Shown: positions 1-9,924, counted from the whole stretch's first letter. The stretch: 62,715 nt of DNA, filler included, from Stramenopiles sp. TOSAG23-2 (GCA_900128395.1; 46 parts of 46 records of this genome joined end to end with filler, not necessarily neighbours in it); one strand, 5' to 3'. The notes: a model not told the origin generated them from the sequence alone. Program-made: numbers and translations.

Positions 1-2
1 TC

Positions 3-1064
3 GCAGAACTCATCACCCATTGGATTAACGTCAATATTCTCAATATTGAAACTTTTGAAATTCCGTTCTAAGCTGACAACGTCTTGTACAATAACTTGTG
101 TACATGTTCCCAGATAATCAGTTGGTCCGCAAATTTCAGGAACAATGTATTGTTCTGCTAACAGAGTTGGTATAGCATATTCTGCATATTCTTTCAATAC
201 TAATTCCAACGAATCGCTATATTCCATTTGATAGTATTCTGCATAATGGGCAGTGAGATAGTCTATCCCTTCCGTTGTCATAGGCATATCGGGATTGGTA
301 CCAATTTCCTTCAACTTTTCAAAGTCAACGTTCCCCTCTTCATCTAGAGGACATGTGAATGTTGGATACAACTTAAAACCTCCAGTAACACATGTAATGC
401 ACTGTCCACATTCTAAACAAGCTGCACTATTTGGTTTGCAGTAATTTTCGCCTGCAGTTGCCAATTCGGTAATGCATGTGTCGCATGCTTCATGTATCGA
501 TTCTTGTTGAAGCCTACGCAAAGTTCGCCCAGAGTGACGTGCACGTGTTAGTCTGCGTTTGCGTTGATCAGTTTTTGGAGTTATAACACTCCCAAGTCGT
601 CGTCTTGAATCGGTTCCCGCTGTTGCTATGGTGGCGCCACTAGAAGATTTAGCAACAGACGTACCTCCAACTACTCGACTTTCCTTTGATATCTCATTCG
701 CTGAATATGCTGCAAGCAACAACATACCAAGAAACATAATAAAGAACAAAACCAATGCACATATGGCTCTTTTCAAATGTTTATTTTTTTTTGTTTGTGC
801 ACCAAGGTCTTCCTCTAGGGATAAAATTTCGAGTAGTGATATTTCTCCATCACCATCTCGATCAAGATTTTTGATGTTAAGAATGGTTTTTTTCTGCTCC
901 TCTGTTAGTTTGCCGGTGTTGCTGGCGTCTAACAAAAATTGTTCGACATCTTTAACATTAAAAGTAGGTACTTCCATTTCTCCTAAACCATACTTTGATG
1001 CTTCCTTCTTGACTGCAACCTTCCTGTTGTCTTCCGTCAATTCAATATGCTTATTCCCGTCCAT
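3..1064 (-). CDS. EF-hand + single TM + Cys-rich extracellular region protein (3'-truncated; missing from ORF track)
   Basis: Hand translation of minus strand from ATG at 1064: MDGNKHIELTEDN...LDRDGDGEISLLE (EF-hand loop), hydrophobic ALVLFFIMFLGMLLLAAY, three RRL motifs, CxxC-rich segment (CDTC, CLECGQCITC); open to window edge. The + ORF 628-1110 is its antisense shadow. Confidence 0.8.
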   Translation of the reverse strand, partial: MDGNKHIELTEDNRKVAVKKEASKYGLGEMEVPTFNVKDVEQFLLDASNTGKLTEEQKKTILNIKNLDRDGDGEISLLEILSLEEDLGAQTKKNKHLKRAICALVLFFIMFLGMLLLAAYSANEISKESRVVGGTSVAKSSSGATIATAGTDSRRRLGSVITPKTDQRKRRLTRARHSGRTLRRLQQESIHEACDTCITELATAGENYCKPNSAACLECGQCITCVTGGFKLYPTFTCPLDEEGNVDFEKLKEIGTNPDMPMTTEGIDYLTAHYAEYYQMEYSDSLELVLKEYAEYAIPTLLAEQYIVPEICGPTDYLGTCTQVIVQDVVSLERNFKSFNIENIDVNPMGDEFC

Positions 1065-1276
1065 TTTTCAATCGAAGAGAACAGGCAGTAATTTTCCTTT
1101 AGATACTTAAATTGATTTGATAATATATGCAATATAGTTTGTATAATTCTATTATTGTATATTGATTGTCGCAGTGTGTATATATGTATATATTATTGTT
1201 GAAGTAGTAAGAGTACAAAGGTTATTATAGTCTATATATTAATAATAACAATAATAGTATTATTTTTAGTTGTATT

Positions 1277-1376
1277 NNNNNNNNNNNNNNNNNNNNNNNN
1301 NNNNNNNNNNNNNNNNNNNNTTAATTAATTAANNNNNNNNNNNNNNNNNNNNNNNNNNNNNNNNNNNNNNNNNNNN
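1277..1376. other. Artificial assembly linker (first of 45 identical 100-bp linkers)
   Basis: 44 N + TTAATTAATTAA (stops in all six frames) + 44 N, recurring every ~1.36 kb. Confidence 0.99.
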
Positions 1377-1378
1377 TT

Positions 1379-1669
1379 CCATTTGCGATGGATCGTTTAG
1401 GAAATTTAATTTTCAGTTTTATTTTTGGTATATTATTTAGTTGTTATATTGTGTATGATACACAACTGATTGGTAAGTTTTGTTGTTTATATTTTTTATG
1501 ATGTACATAATTTTCTGATTTTAACTAACAATGTTTGCTATATTTAATAGTTGGTGGAAACCATTCGTATCAATTTGAAATTGATGATTATGTATTTGCA
1601 ACATTAAGTTTGTATATGGATATTATACAATTGTTTTTAGCGGTATTAGCATTTGGTACGCAGAGGTAA
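1379..1669 (+). CDS. Bax inhibitor-1/Lifeguard (TMBIM) family protein, 3' part, spliced: join(<1379..1472,1551..1669)
   Basis: Spliced translation FGILFSCYIVYDTQLIVGGNHSYQFEIDDYVFATLSLYMDIIQLFLAVL matches the TMBIM C-terminal signature (YDTQ.I.GG...DDY..A.L.LY.DI); TAA at 1667-1669. Confidence 0.92.
1473..1550 (+). other. 78-nt spliceosomal intron
   Basis: GTAAGT donor at 1473, ACTAAC branch-like site 1524-1529, TAG acceptor ending 1550; removal restores the TMBIM motif. Confidence 0.92.
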
Positions 1670-2555
1670 TAAATATATAATATATATATATTTAAAAAAA
1701 TATGCGTTTTTCGCTTGCAGTGTTAAAAGTAAATTAAAACAGAATTTTAATTACACGGACATTGGTGAGAGAGCTAGAGAGAGAGAGAGAGAGTAGAAAT
1801 CGTTCCAATTTTTTTACATGTGTGTGGATTTAAACAATTTTAAAAATGAGAGTGGTGGATATATACAATAGATATCTATCATATATGACAACACCATGTT
1901 TTTATTTATTTTACATATATGACAGGTGTGTGAATCTTCATCATCACACCGTTCTATGTTTAAGAGGATGGATGTTTTAATTAAGTGTTTCCGTGTCAAA
2001 AAAAAGATTTTTTTTTTTTCAGTTCTTCGTTAAAATGGGGAAGGAGGATTTATAGCATTCCTGGCATTGCTGGATTGCACAACTCCAACCTATATAATCT
2101 TTTATCACTTCAAAATAAGGAGAAGTTAACCCTGGTTAGCATTATATATTATAATATAATACATAGCACCGCCTCTCTATAGACTATATCTCCAACCAAC
2201 CACCTTTATCCTTTTATTACTTATTACTTTATAACTTATTATACTTTATCACTTGATTTTTCTTCATGGCGGCCATGAAAAATTAAAATTTTGAGTGGAT
2301 TTGGACGAATTTGATAGGCAACATTACATTGAACGGTATGATAAAAAAGAAGAAGAAGATAAGTACAATTTTAAAAAGATTTTATCAGACACTTTTCTAT
2401 AGGTGTGTGGAAAGATTAATATATATATATATATATATATACGTATATTTACTCCCAATATTATATATACAATTCATTTTTAAGAATTTATCAAAACATA
2501 TCAACATATATGTACAACCAGTCTTTACGTGTATTTGTATAAATAATTTGAAACA

Positions 2556-2652
2556 ATGGGTGGTGGTACATCAAAAAACAGAGGCAATAAAAAAATTATA
2601 CCACAATTTACCGTAACAATTGTAATTAATAATGAAGCAATTGTTGCTATTG
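2556..2652 (+). CDS. 5' end of a probable N-myristoylated protein
   Basis: AAACAATGG context; MGGGTSKNRGNKK fits MGxxxS plus basic residues; runs off contig. Confidence 0.5.
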
Positions 2653-3018
2653 NNNNNNNNNNNNNNNNNNNNNNNNNNNNNNNNNNNNNNNNNNNNTTAA
2701 TTAATTAANNNNNNNNNNNNNNNNNNNNNNNNNNNNNNNNNNNNNNNNNNNNTATAGAATTTCAGAACGTTTTAGACTAATAATCTTGAAGTCAATGTTT
2801 CTAAGTACAAACTAAATATTGGATTGTAGCTTGTATTTATATGTTATTTTGTGAATTTAATTAGTATATTAAATTTCATGCCTATTACTTTCTTGAGATA
2901 AAAAATGGTTTCCAAAGTTTTGTTTTGCCAGTGGTGGAGATTTGAAAAATAGGTGTTTTTTCTAACTGATTTTGCGGATTAATGCTATTCCTATATTAAA
3001 TCCCCTGAGCCGATGGAA

Positions 3019-3216
3019 ATTCAAACTTAGTCTATAGATTAATGGTACTTGATTGTGATCCTATATACAAATTCAAACTTAGTCTATAATAATGGTACTT
3101 GATTGTGTTCCTATATATATATTCAAACTTAGTCTATAGTAATCGTACTTGATTGTGTTTGTATATAGAAATTCAAACTTAGTCTATAGTAATGGTACTT
3201 GATTGTGTTCCTATAT
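3019..3216. repeat. Tandem repeat, 4 x ~50 bp
   Basis: ATTCAAACTTAGTCTATA..AAT(G/C)GTACTTGATTGTG units start 3019, 3071, 3121, 3171. Confidence 0.97.
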
Positions 3217-3234
3217 CCGTTTCAGTAAATAGGA

Positions 3235-3424
3235 GGTACATAGGATTACGGACAATTACAGTTATATAGCATTACTGTCAAATACAGGTACATAGCATTA
3301 CTGTCAAATACAGGTACATAGCATTCGTAATGATATTCCCACTTGTATATATATCACAAGGTATATAGCATTACGGGAAATTACAGGTACATAGCATTGG
3401 TAATGGTAGCACCAACATAGCATT
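3235..3424. repeat. Degenerate 26-bp tandem repeat with GGTAYATAGCATT core
   Basis: Cores at 3235, 3261, 3287, 3313, 3360, 3386, plus partial copies to 3424. Confidence 0.9.
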
Positions 3425-3444
3425 GCAATCCCAAAATTCAGAGT

Positions 3445-3869
3445 TGTATTGTAGGGTTTTACGGTTTTTAATTTACCAAACTGACGACTATTTAGAGTGC
3501 GATTGGGATAATAATATCCGATAATAAATAATTAATGGAACTGTCAGTAACAGTAGATACAAGATTATTTTTAGAGGATAAAAATGCCTGTATTGTAGGG
3601 TTTTACGGGTTTTAATTTGCCAAACTGACTATTTAGAGTGCGATTGGGATAATAATATCCGATAATAAATAATTAATGGAACTGTCAGTAACAGTAGATA
3701 CAAGATTATTTTTAGAGGATAAAAATGCCTGTATTGTAGGGTTTTACGGGTTTTAATTTGCCAAACTGACTATTTAGAGTGCGATTGGGATAATAATATC
3801 CGATAATAAATAATTAATGGAACTGTCAGTAACAGTAGATACATGATTATTTTTAGAGGATAAAAATCC
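3445..3869. repeat. Satellite, 3 x 141-144 bp
   Basis: Near-identical units starting TGTATTGTAGGGTTTTACGG at 3445, 3589, 3730. Confidence 0.98.
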
Positions 3870-4346
3870 TTGATCGCTTTTATTTTTAGCTTTTTTTAAC
3901 CAAAAATCATCATCATTTTATTGACAGTTAAAAAATATATATTTTTTTATAAAACACGAATATACCACCATCCCGATATAATTTTTACTGTGCCGGCCAG
4001 TCGTAAATTTTCGGTACAAATTGTTCNNNNNNNNNNNNNNNNNNNNNNNNNNNNNNNNNNNNNNNNNNNNTTAATTAATTAANNNNNNNNNNNNNNNNNN
4101 NNNNNNNNNNNNNNNNNNNNNNNNNNGCTATCTCTTCCGTGCAATATAAGTACGGTTCAATATCCAGTAGCTGTATTGGGTGAAAGACATTTGGATTATT
4201 TGTTGTTCCTGCATGCTTCCCTCCTTTGATATTGAATACCATATCCAGGGCATTTACAATCACAAAAATATTGCATAAAATTTCATACCGCTCCTTTGTT
4301 CGAGGTGGGATACACAATGATGAATGGTGAACAATCAAGGAAGACA

Positions 4347-5258
4347 ATGCTGCCACTTGTCGCTTTATTACTTTTGGTATCGACAACAATAGCGACAACA
4401 CCAACTATAACATTAAATAATGGCGTTTTGTTACCTGCAATTGCAGCTGGAACATGGCAATACAAACCTGAAATTGCGGAACAAAGTGTAAACGATGCGT
4501 TTGAAGCAGGGTTTACACACATCGATACAGCACACGATTATGATAATCAAGAAGGTGTAGGTAAGGCATTACAAGGAAGAAAACGAGATTCATTTTTTTT
4601 AACAACAAAGGTTCCAGGTTGTGGTTTACAAGGTATTTCAAAAGCTAATTGTGCTCAAGATAGTTCCGCTGCAATTGATGCCAACTTGAAACAATTAGGC
4701 CTGGACTATGTTGATTTATTATTGATTCATTTTCCACCATTACTTGGTTGTAAAGTAGAATCCAATTGTAAAGCTATACAAAGTCAATATGCTGCACTTG
4801 AAGCTGCATTGACAGCGAAGAAAACAAGAGCTATTGGCGTATCCAACTTTTGCATTAGTTGTTTTGAATGTTTAAATAAAACAATGAAAGTTACTCCTGC
4901 AATTAATCAAGTTAAGTATCACGTAGGAATGGGTTCAGATCCTGGTGGATTAAAATCATATTGCTCAGAACAAGGTATACATATGCAAGCATATTCACCT
5001 TTAGGTGATAATGCATCTGCATTAATTGAAGGACCATTGTTGGAAAAAATTGGTACTGCACACAATAAGAGTTCTGTACAAGTAGCACTTTCATGGATAT
5101 GGCAAAATGCAGTTCCTGTTGTCACAAAAAGTACAAAATTACCCCATTTAAGAGATGATATCGATATTTTTGATTTCAAATTTAGTGCAGATGAATTAAA
5201 CGAATTAAATTCACAAACGCAACCATCTGGATCACCTAGTTTTATGTGTAAAAGTTAA
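4347..5258 (+). CDS. Aldo-keto reductase with N-terminal signal peptide
   Basis: ITLNNG, GTW, HIDTAHDY, FLTTK, LKQLGLDYVDLLLIHFP, RAIGVSNF, AYSPLG, VTKS; D/Y/K/H tetrad present; likely start ATG 4347 (MLPLVALLLLVSTTIA). Confidence 0.95.
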   Translation: MLPLVALLLLVSTTIATTPTITLNNGVLLPAIAAGTWQYKPEIAEQSVNDAFEAGFTHIDTAHDYDNQEGVGKALQGRKRDSFFLTTKVPGCGLQGISKANCAQDSSAAIDANLKQLGLDYVDLLLIHFPPLLGCKVESNCKAIQSQYAALEAALTAKKTRAIGVSNFCISCFECLNKTMKVTPAINQVKYHVGMGSDPGGLKSYCSEQGIHMQAYSPLGDNASALIEGPLLEKIGTAHNKSSVQVALSWIWQNAVPVVTKSTKLPHLRDDIDIFDFKFSADELNELNSQTQPSGSPSFMCKS

Positions 5259-6201
5259 AGAAAATATCAATATATATATCTAGGTACGAACTCAAATTGC
5301 AAGTTTCCCAGGAGTTGTGTTTATATATATATATATTATTAATATTATATACGAGTTCGTATTATAATATATTATGTATTTTTCTGCATGGTGTATTAAN
5401 NNNNNNNNNNNNNNNNNNNNNNNNNNNNNNNNNNNNNNNNNNNTTAATTAATTAANNNNNNNNNNNNNNNNNNNNNNNNNNNNNNNNNNNNNNNNNNNNA
5501 ATATGTATTAGAAGGTTGCAACATCTTGCGAAGACTTATCTTATATTCGTTCTCTTTTGCATTACTCTTTTTCCATTGCATCTCTCTCCTCTCCTTTCCA
5601 TCTATTGTTGCAGTTCGTTATACTTGTTGGTAATAATAATATCTGATGTTAATGGTGTATATAAACACGGTATATTTATATTTTATCAATGGGAGACCGT
5701 GCCCAAAAATTAAAATGAATCTTAATGCTGTGTGGATGCTAGACTACATGTTTTGAGTTGGTTTTTACCACCACACAGCGCAGTAAAAAGGAAAAAGAAA
5801 CTCAACATGCGAAAACACAGTAAGATGCAGTTTCAGTTGCTTTTTACAAGGCTACAACAATATATACGTAAGTACAGCCTTTTCCACTTTTGTTTTTTCA
5901 GTAGTGTACCCTTTTATATTTGCCTGGAATCCAAGCCCCAAGCTATCATACTAAAACACCAAAACGAATCCTATGTAATAACAAAACTACATAGAAATAG
6001 TAGGGAAGAAAGCGTTGAAAAATGCATCGACTAACTTCTTTGTTTTCTTCGAAGAAAAAAAAAATGGGGGGCTAAACTGGTCATATACATTAATATTACT
6101 AAAACTTCATTTATATAGATACACACACACACACACATAAGTTTATACTGGAAAGCCTATCGATATACATATACAAATATAGGAACATATATTGTGTAAA
6201 A

Positions 6202-6772
6202 ATGAAGCGAGCGTTTTCGTTGATAATAGCTTTAATAGCTATAGCTGTAATCCATGTAAAAAGTACAAACGTACCGGGTTCTGGTATACCAGATAATCAG
6301 CCATTGTTACAAGAAAGTAATAGTAATAGTGATAATAGTTTAAATAATGACGAAGCAGTAGATCGTCAACGAAGCTTTCGTTTCAAAGCAGAAAGATCTA
6401 ATGTGGAACTATTTGCAAATAGTCGCCAGGCGACACGTATGAAGAAAGGTGGTATTATGGGTGCAGTAGAGGGGGCAGCCAAAGGCGCGGTTAATAAACA
6501 GGTTACAAAAAAGGCAAAGTCTATGGGATTAATATATAGGTTTTATCCAGAAGAAAAAGTATATGCTCAAAACGAGGAGAAAGCTAAACAAATGGTTGTA
6601 ACTATGAAAGATAGAAATAAAAAGAATTTAGAAAAGTGGAAAAAAGAAAATGCTGCATGGTTAGCAGAGGCTAAGAAAAGTATTGGAGGTTACTCATGGG
6701 GAGATAAACAATTATGCGGTAGTTGCCATATAGTTTTAAATATTGCTTGGCATAATGTCGAACAAATAGCGC
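6202..6772 (+). CDS. Secreted protein, possibly entering a saposin/Canopy-like domain (3'-truncated)
   Basis: Signal peptide MKRAFSLIIALIAIAVIHVKS; LCGSCHIV (CxxC then helix) at truncated end. Domain call tentative. Confidence 0.65.
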
Positions 6773-7850
6773 NNNNNNNNNNNNNNNNNNNNNNNNNNNN
6801 NNNNNNNNNNNNNNNNTTAATTAATTAANNNNNNNNNNNNNNNNNNNNNNNNNNNNNNNNNNNNNNNNNNNNCGTTATACCTTTCTAGAAAATCTTCCAC
6901 ACCGTCAACGATACACAACCAGAAGCTACAACCACCAGCCGCACCAGCCGGTACCAACCACACCTGTCAATAAGAGTTGTTACTGTTTCGAACAATCCCC
7001 TGGCCGTGTCTATCTTTCTCTACACGCGCTGGATATGTTTTTACAGGTTTGAGAAAAAGCTATCAACTGGTGCGTATGATCGGAAAAACAGAAAAATACC
7101 CAAACACAATATATAGTTTCCCAACACGGATAAAAATAATCCCACACAGCAGTGATATTTCTAGGCCAGATACGAGATATATACTCGTTCAATGAATGCA
7201 CACGTTGCTAAATGTCTACACGAATAAATATATATTCTACACGTCTTGCCAATACGTCGAAGGGGTGTGTGTTGGTTGTGTATATATGTATTTTTATTTA
7301 AATAAATAATATTTATTCATTCATTTTGGGTGAGGGAGTTTAACTCCTTGATTTAGCATGGTAATAGCATTGAATAGCAGGAAAATAGCAAATGTGTGAG
7401 CTAATGGCAATGATACCGCAACATCTCTAGTACACTTGGCAAAAAAAAAAATTAAAAAAAAAATATCTTTTTTTTATTAATAATAATTTAATTTAAATGA
7501 ATAAAAATATTATTTATACATAAATGAAATAAATGAATCAATAATCGTATCCACCTCATATATACTCTTTTCACACGATTGTATCTATCTATGATTAATC
7601 ATGATAACCAGCATTTAATTCATCCATTCACACCGTATGTTTTATACAGTGTGATGGTTTTATTGTCGGCTTGTGAAGAAATGCATTCATTCCATTTTAT
7701 ATAAAAAAGATACCTTTCAACCACTCATGATGCTATTCCATGCTAACAAGACCCTCCGCGGATGTTTGATAGGCCAAAATCTTCCTTACTTTACGAAACA
7801 TGTACTGGAGAGGGGGATGAACGGGAGCTAATGTGCTCCTTTTCTTAAAG

Positions 7851-8145
7851 CGTCTTGTGATATCACCCTGCTAAAATTTCTAATTTTTATTTAGGATTTC
7901 TAGCAGGCATTTATGATTAGACGAGCAAATACTCTAACACATCCAAAAAAAATGATCATAAATCTTAGACACTTTGCTCGTCTTGTGGTATCACCCTGCT
8001 AACTTTTCTAAAAAATATTTAGGATTTCTAGCAGGCATGTACCATTAGACGAGACACTTTAACAATCTAGATTGTCTTCGACCCTTTGCGCGTCTTGTGG
8101 TATCACCATGCTAAATTTTCTAAAAAATATTTAGGATTTCTAGCA
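7851..8145. repeat. Array of ~80-bp hairpin repeats (2 complete, 1 truncated) with variable spacers
   Basis: CGTCTTGTG(A/G)TATCACC(C/A)TGCTAA...TTTAGGATTTCTAGCA at ~7851, ~7979, ~8091; each unit is self-complementary. Confidence 0.92.
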
Positions 8146-8802
8146 NNNNNNNNNNNNNNNNNNNNNNNNNNNNNNNNNNNNNNNNNNNNTTAATTAATTA
8201 ANNNNNNNNNNNNNNNNNNNNNNNNNNNNNNNNNNNNNNNNNNNNGCACTTTATCATCATATTTTTGTTGTGACATTATTATTATTGTTATCTATATATA
8301 TAAATAAATGGGGTGGCTTATATATATGTGTGTAAATGTATATATACTAAATGAAAAGAGACCGACGCGTGTAAGTATATATGTGTGATACTCTCTGCTT
8401 GTTTTTTTTTTTTCCAGAACGATTAAATGTATAATGTTTTGTTAATTCTATATTTACACACACTTCTTCCATTTACGTGTTAGTATATAATATATCTATT
8501 AATAAATTAATGATTATTATTTTAATTTCCAGAAGATAATATGATTATATTTACTAGGGGCTAACGCCGCCGGCAAATGTTCGAAATAAGGAAGAAGTAA
8601 TTGCAATCATTTTGGGTGGCCGGCGTCGTACATTAATTTTATGTTGTTATTCATATAAATACTTGTTCTAATTTCTTTCAGCTGTGTTTCTAAATCGTCT
8701 GGTATCCTTAAATATTAAAAATACACTATTCACTATTAAATTATTGTTACTTTATTTACAAAATCCACGGTTTCTTGTAATTTTTTGCCAATTGTTATGG
8801 TT

Positions 8803-9391
8803 ATTTCAATATCTTGGTATTTTTTCTAATTTCTATCCACTTTCTTCTACAATTTCTTGTATTTCCTTAACACAAAACCAATCTACTACTGACATTTAGC
8901 TAAAGATAATTCCATTTTCGGTACAAAAAATGTCTACAATATGTCTTAACACTATTAACAAAGAAAAAATATGTTAATTTTAGACGATTTAAGTATATAA
9001 AACACATTTTCTCTATCATCCCGATTTACAAAAAAATGCTATTTTGGTGGAAAAATTTCTTCATTCACCACATAACTGTGGGACATGCACTTTCTTGCGG
9101 TAATTTCAATATATTGGTATTTTTTCTAATTTCTATCCACTTTTTTCTACCTTTTCTTATGTCTCCTTAATTAAAAAATAACACCATTTATAATTAACAT
9201 TTTGTTACGTTTACTACCAAATCCTCGGCAAAAATATAAACAACTTTTTTTAACACTAATAACAATGCAAAAATATATTAATTTTCTCTGATTTAAGTAT
9301 GTAAAACACATTTTCTCTACCATCCCGATTTACAAAAAAACGCTATTTTGGTGGAAAAAGTTCTTCATTCACCACATAACTGTGGGACATG
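8803..9391. repeat. Diverged tandem duplication, 2 x ~300 bp
   Basis: ATTTCAATAT.TTGGTATTTTTTCTAATTTCTATCCACTTT ... CATCCCGATTTACAAAAAAA ... CACCACATAACTGTGGGACATG at ~8803-9087 and ~9103-9391. Confidence 0.93.
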
Positions 9392-9924
9392 GTATCCTCT
9401 CCTGACATATGATGGCACAACACGGAAAATTTTTTTTGACATTTTTTTCGACATTCTCTCAGTGCCCCAATGCAACCGACTTCAGGAACGGAGTGGTACG
9501 ATTTCTTAGACTCCAAANNNNNNNNNNNNNNNNNNNNNNNNNNNNNNNNNNNNNNNNNNNNTTAATTAATTAANNNNNNNNNNNNNNNNNNNNNNNNNNN
9601 NNNNNNNNNNNNNNNNNTAGTTTTATCAGTAATTTTTTGAGTTAAATATTGATTGGTGTTCGGTATGAAAATAAAATATATTATTGAACGATTGAATTCT
9701 TTCCCTTTATCGATATAGATATGTATATCTACAAAACTATATTTATCACAATATATTATTCTATTTTATACTTATTAATTCAAATAAATCCCAAATCATC
9801 ATTAAAAAAAATGATGAATGAAGATGTGAAAATCATGTTAATTTAGTATTCTAATTGGCACATTCAAGTATAATTATTGGTTCATTTGATAGGTAAAACC
9901 CTATTTTAAACATGAAAAATTTCA

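Noticed and set aside
628-1110. 160-aa plus-strand ORF
   Set aside because: Antisense shadow of the minus-strand EF-hand/TM gene; many other short ORFs in the track are similar shadows or AT-rich noise.
1277-1376. Regularly spaced TTAATTAATTAA repeat every ~1.36 kb
   Set aside because: Artificial six-frame-stop linker inside N runs; ORF ends such as X..LIN are artefacts.
3019-3216. CRISPR-like array
   Set aside because: Whole 50-bp unit repeats without unique spacers; no cas genes; eukaryotic context.
3450-3466. Telomere repeat (TAGGGTTTTACGG)
   Set aside because: Single degenerate word within a satellite unit, not a tandem telomeric tract.
4127-4404. Minus-strand ORF overlapping the AKR start
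   Set aside because: No recognisable motif; cannot separate from chance or a chimeric join.
8579-8587. GTTCGAAAT tRNA T-loop/B-box-like word
   Set aside because: No cloverleaf or A-box at suitable spacing; no tRNA or rRNA recognised anywhere in the window.
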